Positions 24,034-34,375 of a stretch of 37,294 bases of DNA are shown here, one piece after another. Under the pieces are notes generated by a model, which ran no database searches, was not told the DNA's origin, and saw only the letters and a program-made list of their open reading frames with translations. Made by a program: the position numbers and the translations under genes. Where the stretch lies: contig NC_069005.1 of assembly GCF_001194135.2 (NCBI RefSeq), positions 10,968,612 through 11,005,905 of the forward strand. Direction: 5' to 3'. Position 1 is the first letter of the stretch. Every line of letters begins with the position of its first letter. The DNA comes from Octopus bimaculoides. Taxonomy: Eukaryota.

Positions 24034-27000
24034 CTGTAGTAAAAGCTGCAAAACCACCCTCAAGACAGTGGTCAGTTTGAGGCAGTAGACTTCTTAACTA
24101 TAAAACTCATGGCAGCACCTATGGTTCAAAAAGAAAACCAACTAAGAGTGAGAAAAGTAAAATAAAAGCAAATGCTAATAAATAAATAAATTAAAATTAA
24201 TATAAAAAAGCATAGCACTGCTGTTACCTGCAATAACTTGTTTTCCTCTTCCTTTTCCATCCTTAGCACCTTCAATAATACCTGGTAAATCTAATAACTG
24301 AAATAATAAAAATAATAATAATAACAATGAAGGTGATGATGATTTCAAATTTATGGCACAAGGCCAGCAATTTCGGTGGAGGTGGGGTAAGTCAATTACA
24401 TCGACCCCAGTGTTCAACTGGTACTTATTGACCTCAAAAGGATGAAAGGCAAAGTTGCCCTTGGTGGTGATTTGAACTCTGACCATCATTAAGCCAGAAC
24501 CATTTTTCTCAACTCATTAACAATGCTGTCAATAATAATTTTTTCTACTATAAGCACAAAGCCTGAAATTTTCAGATGGGGTTCAGTCAATTACATCAAC
24601 CCCAGTATTTGACTGGTACTTCATTTATCGACCCCGCAAAAGGATGAAAGGCAAAGTCAACCACGGCAGAATGTAAAGTTAGAAGAAATGTCACTATGCA
24701 TTTTTTCTAGCACAGATAATAACAATTTCCTTTATTAACCACAAAGGGCCGAGTTACCTGGCACACCAATGAATTTTTCCTGTTTTCTTCTTTAAACAGT
24801 GAGTTGCAATGCAAGAGAGACTTAGCTGCTGTTTCTAGCAAATTGAATTGGCACGTAAAATACACCATTTCGAGCGTGGCCGTTGCCAGTACCGCCAGAC
24901 TGGCCTCTGTGCGGGTGGTACGTAAAAGCACCCATTACACTCTTGAGTGGTTGGCGTTAGGAAGGGCATCCGGCTGTAGAAACTCTGCCAGATCAGATTG
25001 GAGCCTGGTGTGACCACCTGGTCCACCAGTCCTCAGTTAAATCGCCCAACCCATGCTAGCATGGAAAGCGGATGTTAAACGATGATGATGATGATGTAAA
25101 GGCTCCCTTGTTGAATAAAAGAGTGATAGAGTGAGAGAGAGATGCGTTTAATAAAACCCACCTGAATTTTGGCACCTTTGTAGCGGATGACACCTGGTAC
25201 CGTTGTTAGGGTGGTGAACTCGTAGGCTGCTACCTCTGAATACACACCAGCTAAGTTACTCAATAATGTTGACTTCCCGACAGATGGAAAACCTAGAAAG
25301 CAAAGAAAAGAGATAGAGAGAGAAAAAATAGGAGATAATAAGAAAGCAAGAGAAAAATATAAGAAAGAAAGTCACCAGAAAAAGCGAAATCGTGACGGTA
25401 CCTGTGCCCAGCATCGCCTTCCTGGCATGTGTAAAGACATTCGAGTGAGATCGTTGCCAGTGCTGCTGGTCTGGCTCCTGTGTAAGTGGCACGTAAAATA
25501 CACCATTTTGAGCGTGGCTGCTGCCAGTACCGCCTGACTGGCCTTCATGCCGGTGGCACATAAAAGCATCCACTACACTCTCTAAGTGGTTGGCGTTAGG
25601 AAGGGCATCCAGCTATAGAAACTCTGCCAGATCAGATTGGAGCCTGGTGCAGCCATCTGGTTCACCAGTCCTCAGTCAAATCGTCCAACCCATGCTAGCA
25701 TGGAAAGCGGACGTTAAACGATGATGTTGTTTCTACGTTTTTTGGGGGGTTTTTTTCATGTTGGCATGTGCCGAATGAGATTTTTTTAACTTGGGAAGTC
25801 TGCTACAGAGACATTGATCATGCTTTGGCAAGCTTACAACAACAAAGCAATGAGTTGTGTGCATTGTTTCGAGTGGCACAGGTGCATCAAAAGCAGAAGA
25901 GACATCTGGAAGACCTGTCACAAGCATCACCCCAAGAAATGTGGTATTGTGAATTGAGAATTTGCCCTCCAGAGCCAGACTGTCAATCGAGAATTCTACT
26001 GCAATCTTTTAAAGCATTTCAAGGAGGACATTCGGCAAAAGCGGCCCCAGCTCAGAAATTCTACCTGCTTTATGTTCAAACCAGCTAGATCTAGCCTCTC
26101 ACATCAACCCTACAATGTCATTCTAAAAATAAACAATCACATCATTGAAATCTCAAAGCTACAGGACAATATGAGATAAACCAATTCCTGCCTAAATACA
26201 AGTGTAAATACAGTGAAATTTTCAACAGACCATGGGTTTTTTTTTTGTTTTTGTTTTTTGGCAACATTTGAAGTGAAGATTACTATTTTTGTAATTACCG
26301 ATATGGCTTCAGCAAGTTGTGATTCCAGCTTGGAAGACTTACAAAATGAAGAGAAAAAAAATAAAGAGAAAATAAAATCAATAAATACAGGAGGCTGACT
26401 GGCCACTACCAGCTTGTGCCAGTTGCCGTCGAGAACTCAAGTGTTCTAGGATCTCATACTACTGATTTCCTCTGCAAAATAGGGATAACAATGGCTAGCC
26501 AGAGAAATGAGAACCACAAAGTGGAGTGGTTACTGCAGTGAAACTTATTCACCTAAGTTTTAATATTACCTCGTTTGAAATAGTCACCTTGCACAGCAAT
26601 ACACCAGTCCAAACGTTCCTGCCACTTTTGGAATCTGGCCTAGAAGTAATTTTCCGCAAGCAGGTCGAGGACTTACTGTGATTCACTCTGGATCTCAACA
26701 ATGGTGACCTTTGAGTTAAATTTTCATCTTAGGAAAGAGATGGAAGACCACAGGTGCTAAATCTGACAAATATAGCAGGTGCGGAAGCAATACTATGTTG
26801 GTTTTGGCGAGAAATTCATGAGTGAGGGGAGCTCAGTGCCGAATCCAATTCTTCATGCTCCACAGATCTGGTCGCTTTTGCCGAACGGCTTCCTTGAAAT
26901 GCTTCAAAACATCGCAGTAGAATTCTCGATTGACAGTCTGGTCCTGGAGGACAAATTCTCAATCCACAATACATTTCTAGATGTGATGCTCAGGGCAGGT

Positions 27001-30000
27001 TTTCCAAATCGCTTTTCCGCTTTTGAAGTGCCCATGTCACTCGAAACATTGCATACAACCCATTGCCTTGTCATTGTAAGCTTGCCGAAGCATGCTCAAT
27101 ATCTCTGTGGCAGACTTCCCAAAGTTTAACACAAAATTTCACGTTGGCTCTTTGTTCCAACTTCCTGCCGATGAAAAAATCACAGACTACAACATACACG
27201 TGATCACAACAACACAAATTTCACAACTTGTGAAGTAAACACAGCGATGTCACTCAGCACACTGCCTCATGAAGATCACTGCTAGCTCTCACTGTGCATG
27301 TAACCATGTGCTGCCATCTGTTGGTGTGCTACAGGACTAGTCCAAGAATTTTTTGATAAAACTGAAAAAAAAAAAAATTGAACATGGCTGATTGGACAGA
27401 CCTCAGACTCAGGCTGGGTACTATTTGCAACAACTCATAGTTCTGCCCTTTATCAGACACATTTAAAAACTACAAAATAGAAAAAAAAAAAAGAGAGATA
27501 CCAACCTACAAAACCAATTNNNNNNNNNNNNNNNNNNNNNNNNNNNNNNNNNNNNNNNNNNNNNNNNNNNNNNNNNNNNNNNNNNNNNNNNNNNNNNNNN
27601 NNNNNNNNNNNNNNNNNNNNNNNNNNNNNNNNNNNNNNNNNNNNNNNNNNNNNNNNNNNNNNNNNNNNNNNNNNNNNNNNNNNNNNNNNNNNNNNNNNNN
27701 NNNNNNNNNNNNNNNNNNNNNNNNNNNNNNNNNNNNNNNNNNNNNNNNNNNNNNNNNNNNNNNGCATAATATTAATGTTATTTATTATTAGTGCAGTCGA
27801 TAAATTGCTTAGCTGTATTTCATCTGGGGTTTTGTGTTAGGAGTTCAAATCTTGCTGAGGTCAACTTTCCCTTTCATCCTTTCAGAGGTCGATAAAATAA
27901 AGTACCAGACCTCATTTTTCATCATGAGATTTTGTGACCCTAGGTATTAAATATGAAAGAAAACATACAAATACATAAATCATTTATTTTTTGATGAACA
28001 ATATACATATAATATAGGTGTGTGGTAAGTAGCTTGCTTGTCAATCACATGGTTCCGGGTTCAGTCCCACTATGTGGCACTTTGGGCAAGTGTCTTCTAC
28101 TATAGCCTGGAGCCAACCAAAGCCTTGTGAGTGGATTTGGTAGACGGAAACTGAAAGAAGCCCGTCATACATGTGTGTGTGTTTGTCACCCCCACCATCA
28201 CTTGACAACCAATGTTAGTGTGCTTATGTTCCCATAACTTAGCGGTTCGGCAGGAGAACAATAGAATAAGTACTAGGCTAACAAAGAATAAGTCTTGGGG
28301 TCAATTTGTTCGACTAAAGGTGGTGCTCCAGCAAGTAAAAGAATAAAAGAATAAAAAAAGTAGTCAAAATAAAAGTAATTTTAGGATTTGCTTCAAGTAC
28401 AAAACTAAACCAAAGAAAAAAACCAATGTGATGGGTATGCTTGGTTCTTGCTGCACAACAAATTAAACCTTGGTGTAATATTTGACACTGTTGGACGTAA
28501 AGCATCTTCTATGTTTTTCAACATTGAACAATATTTGGTTTTAATAAAGGTTAAGGCTGAAAAAACTGTTTCATATAGGTATGCGGTGCTAAATGACAAA
28601 AGAACACGTAATGCCATTTCAGAAATTGTGAGAAATTCAGTTTTAACTCCGATCCAGAATTCAGTCAAAGATTTTTTGGTAAATTCAAATTTGAGTCACT
28701 TGATAACTCAGAGAATTCCTCTTGGACTTTATACGGTAGATGATTAATATCATCAATGTCAACTGAAAATGGTTTCTGAATCCAAGATGATAACTTTTTG
28801 AAATTAAAATTCGATATGAAGTATTTGCGAAACTGTGTTTCTAGGGTATTTAAGTGGTCTCTAATAACTGTTGCAATTAAATTTTTACAATTATGCTTTT
28901 CAATTCAAGTGTTTGAATTTAATTTTCGCAACCCATAGTTTAAGAAGCACTGGTTTAAATCAATAATATTTACTTTCTAAAAGAAGGCACAAAGCCTCAA
29001 ATTTGGAGAAGCTTTGTTGATTAAGTAAACCCCAGTATTTTATTGGTACTTTATCTTATCATAACCCAAAGAAATGATAAGTAACGCTCCAACTCTGCAG
29101 GGTTTATACTCAGAAAGTAAAGAGCTTGAAGATATACCAAAGCATTCAGTCCAACACTGATGACTGTGTGTGGTAAGAAGTTTGCATCCTAACCACATGG
29201 TTTTGTGTTCACTCTCACAGCATGGTAGGTAACTTAGGTAAGTGTTGTCTGCTATAACCAAGGGCTGATCAAAATCTTGTATGTGGATTTAGTAGGCAGA
29301 AACTGAGAAATACGTATATGTGTGTGTGTGTATTTATATATGAATACGTGTGCATTGATATATACTTTGAAATGACTAAACATGAACTGCTATTGGAACT
29401 TACATACCATGTACAGGAATCTTTTTTACCACTTATATGCACCATATTCCTCAAATTGTTGAACTGCAACTACAACATCTTTATATATCTTATTTCTACT
29501 TTCATTCTCTTATTTCCCTCTATATTCCCTATTTCCTCCTTTTCCACAATAATTTGAACTCAAATATTTTCTCACACCGTCTCTGATGAAGGGATAGCCA
29601 TAATATCACAGAAACAGCTGTAAGACTATTTCATTATAAATGTCCTGCCTGGAGTCTGGTGCAGCCCCTCAGCTTACCAGCCCTGGTCAGACCGTCCAAC
29701 CCATGCCAGCATGGACAATGGACGTTAGATGATGATGATGAAAAGACAAAGACTGGCAAAGCCACATTAATGTGACATGGGTTTCTGAAGCAAGAGAAGA
29801 ATCAGTCAAATTGGGGACTCGTTTCTGAACCCAGCCAAGGATATGACAACAGTATTCCATATAAGGACAGATTGTGGACTGATAGAGATACAAAATGGCC
29901 TCAGATGTGAGGTAGTCCTTTGACCTACTAAATCACAAGGCTTTAATCAGCCCAGGGCCAGAGTTGAAGACACTTGCCCCAAGTTGCCACTCAGTGGGAC

Positions 30001-31751
30001 TGAACCTGAAAACCATGTGGTTGGGAAGCAAACCTTACAAACACACAGCCAAGCTTGCATCTACTGGACACACCAGACTAGATCATCAACTGCCTTCTTT
30101 CTCACAAAATTTCTGACTTTTGGCCAGTGGTTTGGCATGGTTTTATGGTTAGAGGTATTTGATTCGCAACCGTAAGGTCATCTATTCAATTCCCAGCAGT
30201 GCATTATGTTCTTGAGCAAGACACTTTATTTCATGTTGCCCCAGTTCTCTCAGCCAGCAGAAATGAATTGTACCTGCAGTTCAAAAGGGCCGACCTCGTC
30301 ACAGTCTGTATCACACTGAATCTCCCTGAGCACTACGTTAAGGGTATGCGAGTCTGTGGAGTGCTCAGCCACTTGCATGTTAATCTCATGAGCAGCATGA
30401 CACAGAATATGACATGGCTGGCCCTTTTCAACAACAAATACAACTCATTTTTGCTAGCAGAGTGGACTGGTATAATGTGAAATAAAGTGTTTTGCTCAAG
30501 GCCACAATGCACTGCTGGGAATTGAAATCACAACCTTACTATCATGAGCTGAATATCCCAACCACTAAGGCAACTGCTCCACCAACTTTGCTTCCTTTTA
30601 ACTTCCAGAAAAATGAATATTTTTTAGTGAAATTTCCTACAAATACACTTCAGATGATGTAAATTACGATTATATCAGAATTTAAGGAGTTGATATAAGT
30701 GATGTGTGTATGTCTGCAAGCCCACCGATTTTGTTTTTTTATATATAATAATCCAATATAATTGTAATCTACGCCATCTGAAAGGTAGTTGTACAAAGTT
30801 TCGTTAAAAAATACACAATTTTCTGAAAGTTATGAGGAAACAAAGCCGACTGTTGTGAATTTTCCGAAACTCCTCCACCCAGTTTCAGAATTTTTTTCTT
30901 TTTTTTTTTTCTTACAACAAATTCCGATATAACAGTAACCTAACCATCAGAAGCATATTTGGGTAAATTTTTAGATTAACACCCGCACGATTTTCACTAG
31001 GGTGTTAAGGTCAGGGTTAAGGTTACGGTTAGAGTTTTAGGGTTAGAGAATTCCGTCCCTAACCGTAACCCTAACCCCCTAGTGAAAATCGTGCGGGTGT
31101 TAATCTGAAAATTTACCCATATTTGTAGACAATTTCACCAAAAAATACATCCATTTTTTTTCTTGGACGTTATGAGAAAACAAAGTCGGGGGGGGGGTAT
31201 TTACACATTTGATTTGGTAAACCAAATGAAATAAATGAGAATGGAGTGAAATATCAATTCTTTCGAGAGGTAAAAACAGTATCGACCAGGTAAGATTCGC
31301 AAATACGACGTTTAGCTACGTTAATGGAAACGACTTTTAATTAAAGGTGCTCCAACCGTCCTTTTCTGTGTGTGCCCGCGCACAATATCCACTCCCCACC
31401 CTTTTTTTAAAGCCAACAGGGTATGTTTTGACAAAAGATTTAGCTGCTATTACAAGCAGGTCGAACGACCACGTAGCTGAAATTCACACTCGCAGGCCAA
31501 TTAGACACGTTGTTGTTTAGTCTTATGTCAGCACTGAACAAGGAGATTTATGATCAAAGGTCCCAGTCCTACCTATCCCGCCTTTTTTTATTATTTCTTT
31601 TTTTAAGGGCCCCTCTACAACTTATTTAATGTCTGTCCTTCCCTATTCCTGAAAAGTAGGAAATGTGACTGCTATTTCTAGCAGACCACGTATTAAAGAA
31701 TCAGTCGTTGACAACATCGTGCAGACAGATCTGTACGTGTGTGTATGTATG

Positions 31752-31792
<41 letters not shown>

Positions 31793-32090
31793 ACATACCT
31801 ATACATATATGTACACCACACACATACATATATACATGTGTATGTATAGGTATGTACGTATATATATATATATAACGAAGGCATACACAAAACAAGGACA
31901 TACTGTCTTCCTATAACACATCCAAAATTGATTAAAGGAGTAATTTTTAGTTACTTTCTATCGTAATAATATTTATTTAAAAAAAAATACAAAAAAAAAA
32001 AGTGAATGAGAGAAAAAGTTTTATAATGAAAAATATAATCTAATATATTACCTCATTTTCGATTTCAGCAATTTTTTCTAGTACACCCAT
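16404..32090 (-). CDS. DRG1: Developmentally regulated GTP-binding protein 1 (OBG-family GTPase with TGS domain), whole spliced CDS span, 9 exons
   Basis: Spliced translation: [13 protein letters not shown]|(gap)..IGFVG|[43 protein letters not shown]|[24 protein letters not shown]|[21 protein letters not shown]...|...[12 protein letters not shown]|[26 protein letters not shown]...|[12 protein letters not shown]...|[33 protein letters not shown]1 GFPSVGKS, G2 YEFTT, G3 DLPG and G4 NKID are present. [18 protein letters not shown] and [10 protein letters not shown] are DRG1-type rather than DRG2-type. All visible junctions are GT-AG and in phase. Confidence 0.97.
16660..17135. repeat. (GAA)n-TGT compound repeat filling DRG1 intron 8
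   Basis: Runs of GAA punctuated by TGT, between exon 8 and exon 9. Confidence 0.95.
17178..17300 (-). CDS. DRG1: DRG1 exon 8 (TGS domain)
   Basis: cctcttgcag|C TAT ACT AAA CCG AAA GGC...TTC AAA CA|gtatgt; 123 nt. Confidence 0.97.
17640..17990 (+). mobile_element. RTE LINE 3'-tail element, intronic
   Basis: Same family as 11460-11652; ends aaacgatgatgatgatga. Confidence 0.8.
18190..18600 (-). mobile_element. RTE LINE 3'-tail element, intronic, inverted relative to the previous copy
   Basis: Starts catcatcatcgtttaacgtccgc. Other copies at about 11090-11285, 21180-21450, 24850-25095, 25400-25725, 29640-29740, 33100-33230 and 35480-35660. Confidence 0.8.
19510..19622 (-). CDS. DRG1: DRG1 exon 7 (G5 region)
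   Basis: ctatttccag|GAA TTA GAC...GTT CGA AT|gttagt; 113 nt, [37 protein letters not shown]. Confidence 0.96.
19690..19750. repeat. (GAA)/(AAT)n microsatellite
   Basis: Direct inspection. Confidence 0.9.
19975..20160 (-). CDS. DRG1: DRG1 exon 6 (S5D2L insert end, G4 NKID)
   Basis: tttcag|GCT TCT CAA...GTT GAG|gtaagc; 186 nt. Confidence 0.97.
21919..22088 (-). CDS. DRG1: DRG1 exon 5
   Basis: cttacctag|TG GCA CGA ACC TGC...TTT ACG|gtgagt; 170 nt, [22 protein letters not shown]...GGINLTFT. Confidence 0.97.
22287..22587. mobile_element. MITE-like element with about 39-bp inverted repeats
   Basis: aaaatgactactattcccttcaaactttgcttttgtgac (22287-22325) pairs with gtaacaaaagcaaagtttgaaggaaatattagccatttt (22549-22587). 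Confidence 0.6.
22800..23074 (-). mobile_element. SINE-like family C copy
   Basis: Reverse complement closely matches 20-300. Confidence 0.75.
24228..24297 (-). CDS. DRG1: DRG1 exon 4 (G3 DLPG)
   Basis: tttcag|TTA TTA GAT TTA CCA GGT...ATT GCA G|gtaaca; 70 nt. Confidence 0.97.
25162..25292 (-). CDS. DRG1: DRG1 exon 3 (G1/G2 motifs)
   Basis: ctttctag|GT TTT CCA TCT GTC GGG AAG...AAA ATT CAG|gtgggt; 131 nt. Confidence 0.97.
25788..26046 (+). mobile_element. Internally deleted mariner fragment
   Basis: Degenerate GKSATET..ML.QAY HTH sequence joined directly to [15 protein letters not shown]; homologous to 26870-27130 in inverted orientation. Confidence 0.75.
26530..27350 (-). mobile_element. 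Internally deleted mariner remnant
   Basis: On the minus strand, [27 protein letters not shown] at the N-terminus and [20 protein letters not shown] (YSPDLAP motif) near the C-terminus; stops and frameshifts. Confidence 0.8.
27506..27519 (-). CDS. DRG1: DRG1 exon 2, visible 3' end only (..IGFV-G); remainder in N gap 27520-27763
   Basis: A ATT GGT TTT GTA G|gttggt. The phase-1 donor matches the phase of exon 3. The missing MARTQKNKAT...DAR segment (about 155 nt) was not found elsewhere and would fit the gap. Confidence 0.85.
28400..28952 (-). mobile_element. hAT (Buster/Charlie) deletion derivative with dimerisation-domain fragment
   Basis: [10 protein letters not shown]...[28 protein letters not shown]...QAYPSH. 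TIR-like CAGTGCTTCTTAAACTATGGGTTGCG starts at 28952. Confidence 0.85.
29579..29626 (+). ncRNA. Type I minimal hammerhead ribozyme-like motif (probably decayed)
   Basis: gtct-CTGATGA-a-gggat..atcac-a-GAAA-CAGCTG-TA-agac: 4-bp stem I, imperfect stem II, palindromic stem III and a GUA site. Confidence 0.55.
30955..31123. repeat. Fold-back (palindromic) element with telomere-like core
   Basis: 42-bp arms at 30961-31002 and 31077-31118 with 1 mismatch; degenerate TTAGGG / CCCTAA units between them. Confidence 0.9.
31740..31875. repeat. (TA)/(TG) microsatellite
   Basis: Direct inspection. Confidence 0.9.
32052..32090 (-). CDS. DRG1: DRG1 coding exon 1 ([13 protein letters not shown])
   Basis: ATG at 32090, 13 codons, then donor GAG|gtaata (phase 0). 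Matches the DRG N-terminal helix and sits about 130 bp from the ETS-site promoter. Confidence 0.88.
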
Positions 32091-32179
32091 TGTGACAGAT
32101 TAATTAAATTCAGTTTCCCTGAGAGGACGTAATTAATAAGCTTCTGTTCTTTTTCTTTCTCTCAAAGACCTGACTAGAA

Positions 32180-32460
32180 AAATACATGGATCAAAGAACC
32201 ATATGCCGGGAGAAATTTTACCGGAAGTATCGCCGCTCCGCACACTAGAGAGTCACTTCCGGTTATGATTATTTTTTCCTCCTTTAGCGACCTCGTCATC
32301 ATCATCATCATCATCATTATCATTATCATTATTACGATCATCATATATAGTTTTCTCTAAAAATAAGGTTTCGATCTCGTGGACAATCACTTCGGTCCGT
32401 CCGTCTTCTCCCGCTGTCCAAATACATGGAGTACCGTATGCCGGTAGAAATTTTAAAAGT
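32180..32460. promoter_or_regulatory. Putative DRG1 housekeeping promoter with paired ETS (GABP/ELK-type) sites
   Basis: ACCGGAAGT at 32220-32228 and its reverse complement ACTTCCGGT at 32255-32263. Local CpG enrichment, 130-370 bp upstream of the DRG1 ATG. Confidence 0.6.
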
Positions 32461-33299
32461 TAGTGCTGCTGCTTCGCGTACTAAAGACTTGTGAAGCTTA
32501 CATTGTCTGAAGATCGATTATCCCCCCTTCAGCGCCATCATCATCATCATCATAACACCGAATTGATCATCAATTAGATTGTTCTCACAAAAACCATTTT
32601 AGCTTGTGTGGAGATGTGGTTGAGAGGCTAGTTTTTTGTTTTGTGTATTTTTTTAGTAGGCCTTGGTCACTCTGTGTCAGGTTATATATACTGACAGTGA
32701 ATTATTTCCTTGTTGGTCTTAAATTGCTACTAGCCACTATGATTATTTTATAGATTTCACATAACCATTTTGTGAAATCAATCACTGACTCCAATGCCAT
32801 TCTCCATAATATTGATGGTAATTTGGCCTCTACCACCTGTGATGGAATGAGCAATACTAAGGAGTATTAATTTCCCATACGAAATTAGCATGCTAATCTA
32901 ATACATCTCACTCAGAGTGGGGAGGATTTTCTCCCCTGTAAATAAAATGAGACCATGTGCTTTTGTGACTAAAGAGTCTACGACTCCTATTTCTAGCATT
33001 ACTAGTGCTCACTGCATCCTTGTTACTCTTAGTGGTGGTGATTTATTTCCTTGTTGGTTTTAAATTGCTGCTAGCTATCTTGGTATATATACATCATCAT
33101 CATCATCATCATCGTCATCGTTTAACGTCTGCTTTCTATGCTAGCATGGGTTGGACGATTTGACTGAGGACTGGTGAAACCAGATGGCTACACCAGGCTC
33201 CAATCTGATTTGGCAGAGTTTCTACAGCTGGATTATATATAATTTTGAGTTTTTAACTTTACAACTTATGTCTCTTTACAATTTAACATTTTTTTGATT

Positions 33300-33950
33300 A
33301 CAGATTGCTCAAGGATGTCCCCTGGGTGGCAACCACCATAGACTGTTAGTTGGCCCACAACATGGTCCTACTTGGTGATGATTGCACACTGGCTGGACCC
33401 CAAGACTCACATGAGACAACACGTTGCCCTGGCCTGCTCTTGGCTCAGAGGACATCACACTTTTGATGTTCTCACCCAGGCCATGGTGGACATCCTTTAC
33501 AAGTTCCGTCTGCAAGACGACAAGGTGACCAGGATCATGACAGACAATGGCAAAAACTTTGTTAAAGCATTTATGCAGTTTGGTACAGAAGCTGATTTCT
33601 TGCCAGGCATTCCCGATCTGGATGTGGAGGGCATAGAGGACGTAGACCTGGACATGGATATCAAGGCTGGAGATGTGGATGAAGTTGAGTAGATCTCTGT
33701 TGATGCCATCCTTGATGAGTCCAGTGGCCTGAGCCTAAGCCTGCCAGTGCTCATGAAGTGCACAGCCCATACATTCAACTTGGTAACCAACGTGGATGCT
33801 GACAAGGCTCTTGACAGCGCTTTGTTCAAGTCAGCCTACAGGAGGGCCATGTCTAAGGTACAGTGGCTGTAAAATCGATAGAGCCACGGCACAGTGGTAG
33901 CAGACAGCATTCTGGACGCATTGAAGAGAAAGTTGGTGCTACCTTCCATG
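33300..33950 (+). mobile_element. hAT-family transposase fragment (catalytic RNase H-fold region)
   Basis: Frameshifted WVATT.D.W, AHWLDP...ALAC..LRGHHTFD, TDNGKNFVKAF and a degenerate C.AH.(F)NLV motif. Confidence 0.8.
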
Positions 33951-34375
33951 CCAAGTTTTACCTGTTCTAGCTGGAGCAGTGTAATAACAGCCAAGGTAGC
34001 AGAGTAATGAACACCATGGAGACCATTGTAGAGACAACCCTAATGAAAACCAATGAGGTGGGCAGCAGCACCACCAGCAATAAGGATGAGGAAGATGTGC
34101 CCACCACTGCGCATGCATGTGTTTCTGTGTCTTTATGTCTGTGTTTGTCAACCACCACCACTTGACAACCGGTGCTGGTGTGCTTACGTCCCTTGTAACT
34201 TAGCGGTTTGGCAAAAGAGAATGACAGAATAAGTACCAGGCTTTAAAAACATAAGTACTGGGGTCAATACATTTCACTAAAAATTCTTCTAGGTGGTGCT
34301 CCAGCATGGCTGCAGCCAGATGACTGCTACAAGTAAGAGATAAAAGATATCAGATTATCGAAATTCTTTGCATAG

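Noticed and set aside
28420-28460. [12 protein letters not shown], superficially like DRG1 MARTQKNKATAHHLG
   Set aside because: An alternative frame of the hAT Buster fragment, with no usable splice sites or downstream continuation.
32739-32790. C/D box snoRNA (ATGATTA...CTGA)
   Set aside because: Imperfect C box, only about 50 nt, and no terminal stem or recognisable guide.
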